A DNA stretch of 64,000 bases from Eledone cirrhosa (Eukaryota). The notes under the pieces are model-generated. The model searched no databases, was not told the DNA's origin, and saw only the letters and a list, made by a program, of their open reading frames with translations. The stretch lies in assembly GCA_964016885.1 (NCBI GenBank), contig OZ024746.1, forward strand, positions 19,530,001 through 19,594,000, given 5' to 3'. Positions 13,027 to 26,049 of this stretch are shown here, piece by piece; position 1 is the first letter of the stretch; each line of letters begins with the position of its first letter. The position numbers and the translations under genes were made by a program.

Positions 13027-13487
13027 CTAACAAACCTACACCCTAAACACAATCAATAATAAGATGAATTTGCTAAAATACAAACAAAAAAGAAAACCTA
13101 CGACTGACAAAATGTAGCCAACCTAAGTAGTAATATTAAATATTAAGCTAAATAATGTAATGTGCTGCTAATATAGTAGTACTAGATATGTAATAAATCT
13201 TAAAATAGCATATAAACATATCAAGTATCAAGTCAATGAGGACGCATGTACGCGGTCATTTGACTTGCTAGAAATAGCAACGAAATCTCTCTAAAATCAC
13301 ACCCTATTGTATTTTGAAAACGGGTCACATTGGATAGTGCATTCCTCCTCCTCATCCTCATCCTCACCATCATCATCACCATCGCCACCATCATCATCAC
13401 CTCGGCGGGATTTGAACTCAGAACGTAAAGATACGTAACTATATGCTGCTGCAAAGCGTGGCGTCCGACCCTCTACCGATACTGCCA

Positions 13488-13867
13488 TCTATACTATAAA
13501 GCTAACGGCCGTATGTAAGTAACAAACTTTCCGCCAAGCGGCTGGAACAAACGGCACCAAATTTGCACCATAGATGCAACTTTTTCCAAGTAAGAAAGTG
13601 AGGGTATTTTTGTCTACTGAAATTTGTTAAAAGATTAAAGACATTATTTAAATATTCACTTCTTTAAAATGTTCAAATGTCAACACTTCCGGTTATACGA
13701 CATTCCTAACGTCTTCGCGAACCAAAGTATCATCTCCCTGTTTTCTTTCGGTTGCAACGTTTTTCGAAATATTTACTTCTGCGTTCACAGATTGGTTTTT
13801 TTTTTTGTTTCAGAAGATCTCGTTAAGGGTGAAAGCAGCGATTCTTTGCTTAAACTTTAATCTGTTA

Positions 13868-13942
<75 letters not shown>

Positions 13943-15260
13943 ATATATATATATTCGTGTACAGATATTTTTGCATACACAAAAACAAAATATAAACAAA
14001 CGTATTTATTTCACGAAAGCACAGACGGCTTATCCTCATTGTTACTGCCGATATGCCACCCAAAAAGTCCTAGCCTGGCCGCAAGATCAGATTTTCCAGA
14101 AGAAAACATGTTACTAGAGCAACAGAGAGACTAAGCTTCGCGATTACCATCAACAAAGCTTAGGGTCAAACCCTAAATGTGGCTGGCCTTCATCTGGGAA
14201 AACCATGGTCAATCGTATGTAGGATGCTCTGGGGTGAGCTCGCCAAACAATCTCTTCATCTTTGCTCCCGAGAGCCGAACAAAAAATATTGTATACTCTG
14301 AGGTTCTAACAATGTAATTTATGTATTTTCTGTTACTTGGAATTTCCATTATGTTTGTACAAATTATTGTAAAGTTTGTTCAACCTTTATTGTTGTAACT
14401 ATCAATTTTCTTTAACGTACTGGCTGAGAAAAGAAACCTACAATGAAAGAACATCTTAAAGTTTACCCAAGCCAAATGTTGTATTTATTAACATTTCTCT
14501 TGCAGGTTCTTAGCAAGCTTACTGGCGCTTTAGTATGGTATTCAATTCTCATATCGTTTTTGATTGATATGGTGCATATATCGCAGCTATTTACATGTTT
14601 TAAACATTAAATAACGATTGTTGATGTATATTGTACGACAGAATTAGCTGGAAAATATTTTGAATGAACAAATAAAAGAGATATAAAAGAGAGATGTTTG
14701 TTGGTTGGTTCCTTCGCGTACCACACGAAAAAACGAAGTGACAATCGGAAAGTATGTACAGGATTGGGATAAGAGTATATCCAGGAAAGTTTATTGATAC
14801 TCATTTTATAACACCAAAGAAGAAGAAAGACATACCACGTATGCTAACCAACCTGACTGCTATTTCTAGCAGTTGAGAATCAACCATAAGGGATTCTCTC
14901 TCGAGTTCGTTGTCAGTGATGATCGTGTTTCGCGGCCTATGTCTCCGATTCCAACTGTGGTTTACACGTCACACTCACTCACACAGGCACACACACATAT
15001 ATATACACACACACACGCATATATATATATACACACGCACACACACGAACACTCACACACACATATATATGTATATACACACACGCGCGCATATATATAT
15101 ATACACACACGAACACTCACACACACATATATATATACACAAACACACACAAACATATACACACAGTAAACAAGACAATGCATTCAATACAGACGTTTCC
15201 TCTTCTGCCGGTCTTCTCTTATCATTTATTAACCCTAGCGAAGCTGGGTACTTCAGCTAG
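13488..15260 (+). mobile_element. Non-autonomous Helitron-like element inserted in a SINE head
   Basis: A|TCTATACTATAAAG start; end acccTAGCGAAGCtgggt hairpin then cagCTAG|T; no TSD; flanks rejoin to actgcca-tcc of the SINE at 13398-13487. Confidence 0.7.
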
Positions 15261-16837
15261 TCCTATATAATGCTTACTCAATGATTTTTCAGCATTAACT
15301 CAAGAGTAGGTTTCTACGATATTTTTTGTGTTAATGTTTTTTATAAGTAAAATGAAATATTAATATGAAACATAATATTGTTTTTAATTAAACGTCATTA
15401 CGCTAAGCGGTACGTACTGAAGAAAAACCAAGTCATATATCACAGTAGCTTCTAAAGTCTATCTCGAACACGGAGGCTTATTATGCCGGTGTTTATCCCC
15501 CTAGCCTTGGACAGGACGCCAGTACATCGTAAGGTTAATACCCCAGGTATTACTGGTATACATTTTCAGCTGAGCATACTGGAGGAATGTGAAATAAAGT
15601 GTTTTGTTCAAGAACACAACAAACAACCCAGTCCAGGAATCGAACTTACGACATTATGATCGTACGTCCAACACCCTTACCACAAGGTCTCACGCTTCCA
15701 CACATTGTTTGCGTCACTTTTTATGATGGCTGAGCAATGTTGCAAATGGTTACAACCCTTTCCTAATTGTTGTATTGTTGCTAGTAGAAGTTAGGATATT
15801 GTCCAGAAACACCTTAAAGCTCTCTAACTCTTCTGTCATTGTAGCTTCCAATCTAGAGGGTAAATAATATTTAAAGAAATCAACTATGATTTCACAGAAT
15901 CAATAAACTGCGGACAAAATTTTGCATTATTTCGTTTTAAGTTCGAATCACACCGAGGTCGAATTTACCTTTTATTATTTTCAATTTTTAGTTTAGCGAA
16001 TATATTGTTTCTAAATTTTTTACTTTCGGGATTTGTTTCCTTTTTTTTTACATTTTCATGCGAAGAGCACCAATATTATATTTTTTCCTTCCTTGGGCCC
16101 ACAACTTCTGGCTCTCCAGAGTTGGAACGTTGTCATTTTAAACCAGGAGGAGCACATCCCTCTCCAAGCTTTATCACAGACGATTTCTTCCAGAGAGAAG
16201 GAGATACATAGGAAATGAGAAAGAAAGAAAATTTCCCCTAATATTGGACTGGTATTTTATCAATCGATCCCAATGCACATGTCCCGTAACTTCCGAGGGA
16301 GTCGTAGGGGTGCTATATGGACATACAGCGTTTATAGAGCATTTTTTCAAACCTAGCGGAGTCCATCTCCTCTCCAAGTCTGTATACAGCACATTTCTTA
16401 CGGAGAAGGATAGAGAGTGAGAGAATGGAAGTGGGAAAGAGATATAGAGGAAGAATCGACTTAGACTGGTACTACTTTATCAACCCCGAATAGATGAAAG
16501 GCAAAGTTGACCTTGACAGGATTTGAACTCAGAGAGCAAAAAGCCCGAGGGAATACCGTAAAGCATTCTAGCCGACATTCTGACAAACTCTAATATTCGC
16601 TGCTCTATACAATATAATTTAATTAAATATCATCAATGGAATTTTAAAAGACAAGTTGAGATTTGCCTCAGCAACAGTCAATTCTCGCGTGTTTAAGAAA
16701 CGCTGTAAATGTTTTTAGACAAATCATTTCATTGCAAATGGTTATAGTCTGAGCTGGGTCATTGTTACAGATATTGGGTCATGCAGCCGACAATGTATTC
16801 CAATTTTGTTTCTAGACGCTTTCTAAGGTTATATATA

Positions 16838-16907
<70 letters not shown>

Positions 16908-16944
16908 CATACATATATACATGCACACACAAACACACACATAC

Positions 16945-16983
<39 letters not shown>

Positions 16984-17008
16984 CATACATATATACATGC
17001 ACACACAA

Positions 17009-17060
<52 letters not shown>

Positions 17061-17451
17061 AGAGAGGGGGGGAGATATATATATATGTATATCATGAAAA
17101 CTTTCGAAAAATTATCAGAACTGCTCGGTTTATCGTCGATATTAACAGATCTTCACCATGTCACGAGCGAGAAATAAAGTAGAAGAAAAAATATTTTCAA
17201 TAAAATAGATAAGAAAAAGTTTAGGAAGCAGACTGGTGGTGGTGGTGGTGGTGGTGGTGATAGGCAAAGTTTGTTTTGACAATTGTGATAAATATCTTTC
17301 GCCCTCACATGCACGCGCGCACACACACACATGCGTACATACACACACTACGTACATGCACGCAAACACATGCATTGCACATGCACACTCAAAGATGGAG
17401 GAGAAAAGAATATATATATACATATATATATATACATTTATATGTATATAC

Positions 17452-17543
<92 letters not shown>

Positions 17544-17744
17544 GGATAAGTGAGAATGATAGAGAAGGCAAAAAAGAAGTAATACAGAGATTGGAGAGTT
17601 TGTGGGGGGAGAAAGTAGAATAAAAGAAAAGAGAAAGACGGAGAGAGAGACGGAGAGGGAGAGAGAGGGAGAGAGAGAGAGAGAGAGAGAGGGGATGAAA
17701 AAAACAGAGAGAGACTTAAGTAATAGGAAATAGATAAATAAAAT

Positions 17745-17996
17745 TAAGTAATAGAAAATAAACAAATAAATAAATAAACATAAATAAATAAACAAACAAA
17801 TAAACAAACAAACAAATAAATAAATAAATAACAAAATAAACAAATAAATAACCAAATAAACAAATATATAACAAAATAAACAAATAAATAAATAAACAAA
17901 TAAATAAACAAATAAATAAATAACAAAATAAATAACAAAATAAACAAATATAGAAATAAATAAATAAATATAGAAATAAATAAATAAATAGATAGA

Positions 17997-18027
<31 letters not shown>

Positions 18028-18140
18028 CAAAATAAATTAAAAAAACATAAATAAATAAATATAGAAATAAATTAATAAATAAATAAATAACAAAATAAAT
18101 AAATAACAAAATAAATAAATAAAATAAATAAGGAAATAAA
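17745..18140. repeat. (AAAT/AAAC)n degenerate tetranucleotide tract
   Basis: Directly visible. Confidence 0.9.
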
Positions 18141-18522
18141 TGAGAAGAGTATAGATAAAAGTTGAGATTCTCAGGCACTCAGTTCTTCAATCACAGATTG
18201 TTAGATAAGTTTCTACAGGCTTTTTCTTGTTTGTTTTTACATCGTTCTTTAGAAAGTTTCTTCTTTGCTTTTTTATTATCTACTTCGACCACACCTATGT
18301 CATTATCTCTTTCAAATTGGTGTGTGGCTGCTTCTCCAACTCTACATTTAAAATGACATCTTAACAAATTTACTATCTCTCTCTCTCGCTCTGTGTATGT
18401 CTCTCTCTCTCTCTCTCTCTCTCTGTATGATTCTCTCTCTCTGTATGATTCTCTCTCTCTGTATGATTCTCTCTCTCTCTCTCTCTCTCTCCCTCTCTCT
18501 CTCTCTCTTTTCTCGCTCTGTG

Positions 18523-18556
<34 letters not shown>

Positions 18557-18642
18557 CTCGCTCTGTGTATCTCTTTCTCTCTCTCTCTTCTCTCGTTCTG
18601 TGTATGTCTCTCTCTCTTTCTCTGGCTGCCTCTCTCTCTCTG

Positions 18643-18711
<69 letters not shown>

Positions 18712-19029
18712 TCTCCGTTTCATTCATGGAACACCCTCTGAAAATGTCTCTATTTTCTGATCAAGGGACGGTAGTATATAGTATAAGATTGGCAGGAATG
18801 GAAAAATCACTTGTCCGTACACCAGCTCTACATTTAAAATGACATTTTAACCAATTTACTATCTCTCTCTCACTCTCTCATTTTGTGTATGTCTCTCTCT
18901 CCCTCCCTCTCTCTCTTTATGTCTCTCTCTCTCTTTCGCTCTCTGTTTCATTCATGGAACACCCTCTGAGATTTTCTCTATTTTCTGATCAAGGGACGGT
19001 AGTATATAGTATAAGACTGGCAGATATAG

Positions 19030-19304
19030 AAAGATCTATACTATTAGAAAAAAGCAATTGGAATTATTTGGCCACATAAACAGAAGAGACAGTTTGGAGA
19101 AGCTGATTCTTTGTGGCAAGATGGCTGGAAAGAGGAGACAAGGAAGACAACGAACAACATTTACAGAGACAAACTGGACAAATATGTCAACAAGAATAGA
19201 ACGAAAGAGGGTGACCTCAACAGGAACACTGACAACAGGATGGACTGGAGAGCCATGATCGCAGATATCTGGAAAGACCTAGCACTTAATGATGATGATG
19301 ATGA
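19030..19304 (+). mobile_element. RTE-like LINE 3' end with (GAT)n tail
   Basis: LELFGHINRRDSLEKLILCGKMAGKRRQGRQR then a DRxxWR-like motif and (GAT)n. Confidence 0.7.
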
Positions 19305-19360
19305 GTATATGCCTACATTGCTTCAGTGCTATACATTGTCCCCCACTCTCAAGCGTGAAA

Positions 19361-19553
19361 CTAATAATTGTTTCTACTTTAGGCACAAGGCCAGCAATTA
19401 CCTAGTGCATTACTGGTACTTTATTTTATCGACCCCGTAAGGATGAAAGGCAAAGTCAACCTCGGCGGGATTTGAACTCAGATTGTAAAGGGACATAACT
19501 ATGCTGGAAAGCATGGCGTCCAACCCTCTACCGATACTGCCAATCCACCGCCC
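19361..19553 (-). mobile_element. tRNA-derived SINE with Deu/Nin-domain-like core
   Basis: Minus strand GGCGGTGGATTGGCAGTATCGG (A box) ... GAGTTCAAATCC (B box) ... GCCTTTCATCCTTACGGGGTCGATAAAATAAAGTACCAG; more than 20 copies or fragments in the window. Confidence 0.85.
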
Positions 19554-19564
19554 TCAATAATGAT

Positions 19565-20128
19565 TTCATTTATTGGCCACAAGGGCCGACATATAGGGGA
19601 CAATACAAAAGACTGGGACAGTGGGGTTTTACAGAAAAATCGAGTAAACAATATGAATAACAATAACAAAGTAACAAGAAAAATACAAGAAAAATCCCCA
19701 ATAGCGGGGATGAGCACCCAGGGTTCGCTCAGGTACCCCACCAATCCTGAATGACCCGACGCTTCGAGAGCACCCTGGAAAGGCACCCCTCTCCTCCTCA
19801 AATTTACCTACCCACAGGCGCATGACCAGAGTAGGCCCACTCACACGGGCCATTCTTGCCACATTCACCCACCTTTCAGCAAATGGGGGGCAGCACTTCT
19901 CTCTCCACCCTCACCTTCCTTTCCAAGTGAAACTTGAAAAAGTTAATGAGGGATTGGCCGAAGAGAACAGTTTCTGTCTTCAGTCCTTTCAACCTCGTCC
20001 ACCATACAACCTCTTTCGCTACTGCCACCAGACAGAGGAAAATTGCCTGCCCTTCCTGGCCAAAGGAAGGCGGCGGGTCGATCTTCATTATGGACTCGGC
20101 CGATAGCCGGATCCGTTCTACACGCGAC
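19565..20128 (-). mobile_element. Tx1/L1-like LINE 3' end
   Basis: Minus ORF ..VAKEVVWWTRLKGLK...LINFFKFHLERKVRVERE..RWVNVA, similar to 56860-57200; consistent with the ORF2 C-terminus. Confidence 0.6.
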
Positions 20129-20210
20129 AAGCGTGAAACTAATAATAACATTTGTACTGCCTCTTCCTCGCTTCCAGGTTTTTTGGTTTTTTGTTTACTG
20201 TAGCAACTTT

Positions 20211-20302
<92 letters not shown>

Positions 20303-20303
<1 letters not shown>

Positions 20304-20491
20304 GTTATTCCGGGTTGAATCGGAGGTAACCACAGTAAGTAAGGTACTCAATACATTGCAGAGTATAAAAGTTTTAATATAGATGAGATTCTACAGGACT
20401 AGAACTGTTTCATTCTTTAGAAATCATCAGGAATCTCCTGATTCCTGATGATTTCTAAAGAATGAAACAGTTCTAGTCCTGTAGAATCTCA

Positions 20492-20494
<3 letters not shown>
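20303..20494 (-). mobile_element. TA-embedded family A fold-back element with two hammerheads
   Basis: Mirror image of 6381-6562; hammerhead cores at 20386-20436 (-) and 20440-20489 (+), (TA)n on both sides. Confidence 0.85.
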
Positions 20495-20528
<34 letters not shown>

Positions 20529-20611
20529 ATAATAATAAATTTGAAGACTAAAATCCAAAGAGGGCTCGATAAGGATAAATATATATCAAATATATAAGAA
20601 CCGTAGAGCAA

Positions 20612-20973
20612 ATATTTATTAAAATAACAGATTAAAGTTTAAGCAAAGAATCGCTGCTTTCACCCTTAACGGGATCTTCTGAAACTAACAAAGTCAATCT
20701 GTAAACGCAGAGCTGGATATTTAAAAAAACGTTGCAACCGGAGGAAGACAGGAAGACGATACTTTGGTTCGTGGAAACGTTCGCTGGCAAAGAACGGGAA
20801 GCCAGCGAACGTTTCCACGAACCAAAGTATCGTCTTCCTGTCTTCCTCCGGTTGCAACGTTTTTTGAAATATCCAGCTCTGCGTTTACAGATTGACTTTG
20901 TTAGTTTCAGAAGATCCCGTTAAGGGTGAAAGCAGCGATTCTTTGCTTAAACTTTAATCTGTTATTTTAATAA

Positions 20974-20977
<4 letters not shown>
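20612..20977. repeat. Near-perfect 177-bp inverted repeat (12-nt loop) of a Helitron-like internal segment
   Basis: Arms 20612-20788 and 20801-20977 with one mismatch seen; sequence homologous to 13730-13875, 38340-38460 and 58950-59043. Confidence 0.92.
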
Positions 20978-21054
<77 letters not shown>

Positions 21055-21459
21055 AGTGGAAGCTTAGTAAAATCGAAGCTTTGGCTGCGGCCAAGCAAAA
21101 TCGACCTACAATTAGGAATGAGTAGCAAAGCACTCAATAAGGGTAGGTCCTCAGAGTAATAACATTACGTTTAGATAGCTTGACAAATTGAAAATTGTGG
21201 CAGGCAAAATCCAACCATACAATACCAAAACAACGGAAAAACTAATCAGGTTAGACAACAGACCTGGACAGATCGAACGATATTCTGCAATACGTCCAAT
21301 ATGTTTCTATGAATCCAAAATCATCAATCCAACTTACGTAATACGTAAGCTTGTGGTATTCTATGATCGAAACAGGGGATTCACGTCATCGACAAGTATT
21401 TCGTTCTAGGCCTCAAACCGGTGTGAACTGGAACTCAATGCGACTGCTACAATAGACAG

Positions 21460-21498
<39 letters not shown>

Positions 21499-21500
<2 letters not shown>

Positions 21501-21620
21501 AGTAATTAAGACCCCGACGGCAGAGGGGTCTTACTTACTCCTATTACCCACTCTACTACCCTAAGTATTGAGTACTTTGGTGCGTTATGGTCCACCTGGT
21601 TCCTTACCACTTTTCCCTCG

Positions 21621-21621
<1 letters not shown>
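21499..21621 (+). mobile_element. TA-embedded family B element with short fold-back
   Basis: ggagtaattaagacccc / ggggtcttacttactcc hairpin plus family B terminus, (TA)n on both sides. Confidence 0.75.
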
Positions 21622-21655
<34 letters not shown>

Positions 21656-21658
<3 letters not shown>

Positions 21659-21935
21659 CGGGTAAAATTCCCGAGATCCATGAACGAGTTCTCTCCAGCG
21701 GTCTCTGTCCCTCATTATCGCTGCCATATCCTGCGTCTCCAACAGACCAGTGTCTGTCCTTATGGCATCAATATATGTTAACCTTAGTCTTCCTATTCCA
21801 GTGTGTCCATGCAGGGGCTCCCACAGGAGCACTGAGTGCAGTGTCAACTCTGGATGTCGGTGAGCATGTCCAGCTAACCCCAGTCTCCTCTGTGTCACTT
21901 TTGAGCTGACTTTGGGGAGGCTCCCATACAGCTCA
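21656..21935 (-). mobile_element. RTE-like LINE 3' end
   Basis: QRRLGLAGHAHRHPELTLHSVLLWEPLHGH..GR..LTYIDAIRTDTG; related remnant at 30260-30470 (+). Confidence 0.75.
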
Positions 21936-24900
21936 TATATACATATATGAATAAAAAAAATTTCGCTCTACATGGCTGAATACAATATATTAGTTTTTTT
22001 TTTATTATTTGAATATGGCAAAGCCGGCCATTGATCGCTCGTATACAGGAAACTGACTGGCCAGTCTGCGGATATGCAAATCTGGCTGATCAGTGGATCT
22101 GCTAATATGCAGATCTGAGTGATCAGCCAGTCTACTAATATGCAAATCAGGCCGATCCAGTCACTGTATATTTTAGAAAATATCATATATTTTCACTAGT
22201 TCTGACAGTTGGCAGGGGAACAGTGAACTGTACTGATAAAGGATAATACCCAGGATCATTAGTGTCTGCAGTTCTGTTTACATGCCAATAGAAGAGTAAG
22301 AATATATATATATATATGCGAGGCACATCATCCTCCATTACAATTTTACTTTTGATAATCATAAGAAGTGTGAAACCAGTAAAGTAAATAAATATTCTTA
22401 AAAGACTCCAGTTGCATTTCAATTTCTTTTACTTATCTATATAAATAACTAGAAAAAAGATGAATTGTTTTAGTGTAGGAATGTGGGACCACCAGTAATA
22501 CCTGAACTAAATAAGAGTCCCGTCTTTCACTTTTTGCAGAATGTACTGGCTTCATTCTATCCAAACTTCTAACAACTTCGCCGCCTTGATGTAGTCTTAG
22601 ATATCCATGAAAAGCCAGGATTGTTCTGGTTGGAACGCCTTTAAGTCGTAGGAGCGCCATATTGACATACGGCATTTCAAGGGCATTTTAAACATGGCGA
22701 AGGCCATCTCCTTTCCAGGTCTGAGTACACCAGATTTCTTCCAGAGAAGGATAGAAAGTGAGAGAGGAGAAGTGAGAAAGAGATATAAAGGAAAAATTGG
22801 CCCCAGGATGACAGGCAAAGTTGACCTCGATGGGATTTGAACTCAGAGAGTAGAGAGCCGGAACAAATGCTGCAAAGCATTCTATCCACCATGCTAACGA
22901 TTCTGACAATTCACCGCCTTATCTGTCTACTCAATACAAACCATTATTACTAGAAATAATATCACTTGCAATTAACAAATGCAAAGAACTGCCATTAACG
23001 CTAATGATATTTCTTCCCATTACGGATGTAATTTCAATCGAGTAAGCATTATTTTTGACATTACTTTTACATTAAGTATGTTAGCCTTCACATAAATATG
23101 TTCCTAGGCAGGAGAAGGCATCACTGGGGAATTTGCCAATGTTATTATTGTAAAATTGCTTGAACGGTGGTTCTCCCGCCGAGGTTAGCTTTGCCTTTCA
23201 TCCTCACAAGGGTCGATAAAATAAAGTACCAGTAATGCACTGGGTTGAATTAATCGACCCCCCCCCCCAAAAAAAAATGTTGACCTTGTGCTTAAATCAG
23301 AAACCATTATTATGGGCGGTGGATTGGTAGTATAGGTAGAGCGTCAGACAACATGCTTTGCGGCACATCGTTACGGCCCTTTACGTTCTGAGTTCAAATC
23401 CCGCCGAGGTTAGCTTTGCCTTCCATTCTTACGGGGTCGATGAAATAAAGTACCAGTAACGCATTAAAGGTCGTTACAATATCAAAAACCATTATAGTAA
23501 AATTGCCTGAGTAGTTTTCAGACAAAAACTTTATCTTCTGAAAGTCATTCTAAGATCTGGTAAATTAAATTTTAGACTCTATTTCGCTAAGAGGTTCTAA
23601 GTACATCGAAACATATCCGAACTCTCTACCTTGCTTTTCTTGATAAGAATTGTCATGGACCTGAATTTTATTTCTCCTCATTACGGGTGAATTCTTCTTC
23701 AGGGCATTACATGCAATATTCTATACAGTACTTAACCAAAAATTCTTTCGTTTACTAGGCTTCCTTGGGATATTTATAAATGTCATATTTAACGCCTGGA
23801 ACATCAAATACATATGCAGTGAGGAAATAACAGTAGTTAACATTCAGTGGGTTGGTAAAATCGGTAGAGTGTAGGATAAAATGCTTTGCGGTAATGTTTC
23901 TGGCTCTTTATATACTGAGTTCAAATACCACTGAAGTCAACTTTGTCTTTCATCTTTCCAGGATCGATAAAATAAAGTACCGGTTAAGTACTGGGGTTGA
24001 TTTAATCAATTCTGTCCTTCCTCCAAATTGTATGGCCTTGTGCATAAATTGGAAATCAGTATGGTTTTTTTTTTTCTTCCCCGTAATATATAGCGTATTA
24101 TTGGGGATATCGTTTGAATAATAATGGCTTCTGATTTTGACACAAAGCGAACAATTTAAAAGGAAAAGTCGATTAAATCGACCCCAATGTGTTATTGGTA
24201 CTTTATTTTATTGACCCCATTAGTTTGAAAGGCAAAGCTAACCTCGGCGGGATTTGAACTCAGAACGTAAGGGGACATAACTCGTATATCGTTTGAACCA
24301 TAATGATGAGAAAAATAAGCTGTATTTTCTTATTTTGGGGTATGGGTGGTGGTGGCTCTAGAATTTAGAAAACATTAAGATCTATACCGTTTGTGCTACC
24401 TATATAGATGCAGGTCGAATTGACCTTTGAGAACGGAGTTTCATTGAGAAAACATCTCATCTCATCGATGAAATTCTAAATTTCTTGAAATTATCTTTTT
24501 TTAGTGAGTAGCTAACAATTGCCAATAACTACTTATTTATTTACGTTCTAGTGGAGGGGCTGAGACCATGCTGGGGCACACATACTAAAAGCTTTGACGA
24601 AGATAAGGTTCGAACTCAAGCGGTAAATTTCCAATGGATTACTGGTCCATCGCCTTAACCACTCGGCCAATTTTGTTTGTTTTTGTTCTCCCACTAAGGA
24701 CCAAATTACAAATCATTTACAAATCCAAACGTCACTCAGTACTTGACTATCAAAGTAGCCTTAATGGGATCACACAGCCTGCTAGTAATAGCAGCCACAT
24801 TTCCCAATCTTTCATTTCCACTAAATTTTATGCATCTACTTCATATTTTTAATAATTAATATTTATAGTTTTAGTCTGGGTAGGCCCTGCCTACCAAACC

Positions 24901-25379
24901 AACTGAGGTGTAAATATATACAACGACGTATAAAAACGTTTGTGATGACATGTGAGTGTGTGTGCCAGATCTAAGTGTGTGTATGTGAATGTGCATAAGC
25001 ATGTGGGCATGTGTATGTGTGTGTGTGTGTGTGAGAGAGAGAGGGGGGTTTTCTTGTATGTATTTGTTGTCTCCTTTGGAATGTCATTAAAAGTTCATCA
25101 GGGTCTTCTTTGATGATAAATATCTCCGACTTTCACTTCACAGTTGAGTTGTTTATATCGAAGAAAGGCATCCAACTGCAAAAACATCTGTTCCGACAAC
25201 ATAAGTTAATACAAGAAAACGAAGGAAGAACCTTGCCCCTCTTATAGTGGTCCCACCTGCTATAAATAGAAGTCAAAATTCCTCCGAATTATATCTTTGC
25301 CTCTTGGAAAAGGACACGTTCGACAATATGGTCACGAGTTCACTGTGTCTAAAAAAAATGGATAAGTTGACCACGACAG

Positions 25380-25570
25380 GAATTTCTTTGATGAATGGTG
25401 TGGCGCTGGGGGTGTGGTTTTGTCGGAAGTATAGGTAAGACTGCATATGAAATTGCACGAATGCTGAACGAGATAATCTTGCAGCGGGGCCCCGCTCAGA
25501 GATGCCGAGGGAAATGCTTGATAAGTGGAACGTGAACCTCTTCTTCAGAGCAACGTATAGCATACCTGTT
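25380..25570 (+). mobile_element. Possible LTR-retrotransposon integrase remnant
   Basis: Frameshifted KTAYEIARMLNEIILQRGP / EMLDKWNVNLFFRATY resembles the Gypsy rve core; short and degraded. Confidence 0.35.
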
Positions 25571-26049
25571 ACTCTCCCCGTCTGACGGGGAGATCTTCCA
25601 CCCACTTTGGAGTGGGTCAAAGATGTGTTCTTTTGTGAAAATGGGTACACCTTTCATTATGTTAAATCTCCCCATTTTGCCTCATTTTTCCCCATTTTTG
25701 GGCACTTATTTTCATTGTACTCACCGTTTGGGTTTTTAGAAGTTGGCAGGTCTGGTATAGGCCAAGTGGAATGGGATTATGGAGAGACATCTTCGAACGA
25801 TCAAGGCCATGGCGGAGAGGGGATATATGTCATCAACTGAAGCAGTGATTTGCTATAAAATATGTGACCCCGGTTAAGACAGGTTGAGGAGTTGGTGATG
25901 CCACACAGAGCTATTCAGAAATGAATGGCAACATCCGTGTACGGTATCAGCCTCCTCACAAAACTAAGACAGAACTGCACACACCTCAGGAACGCTGAGG
26001 TGCTCCAAGTAATGCATTAGAAACCCGCATGAAATTACAGAAGAAATGA

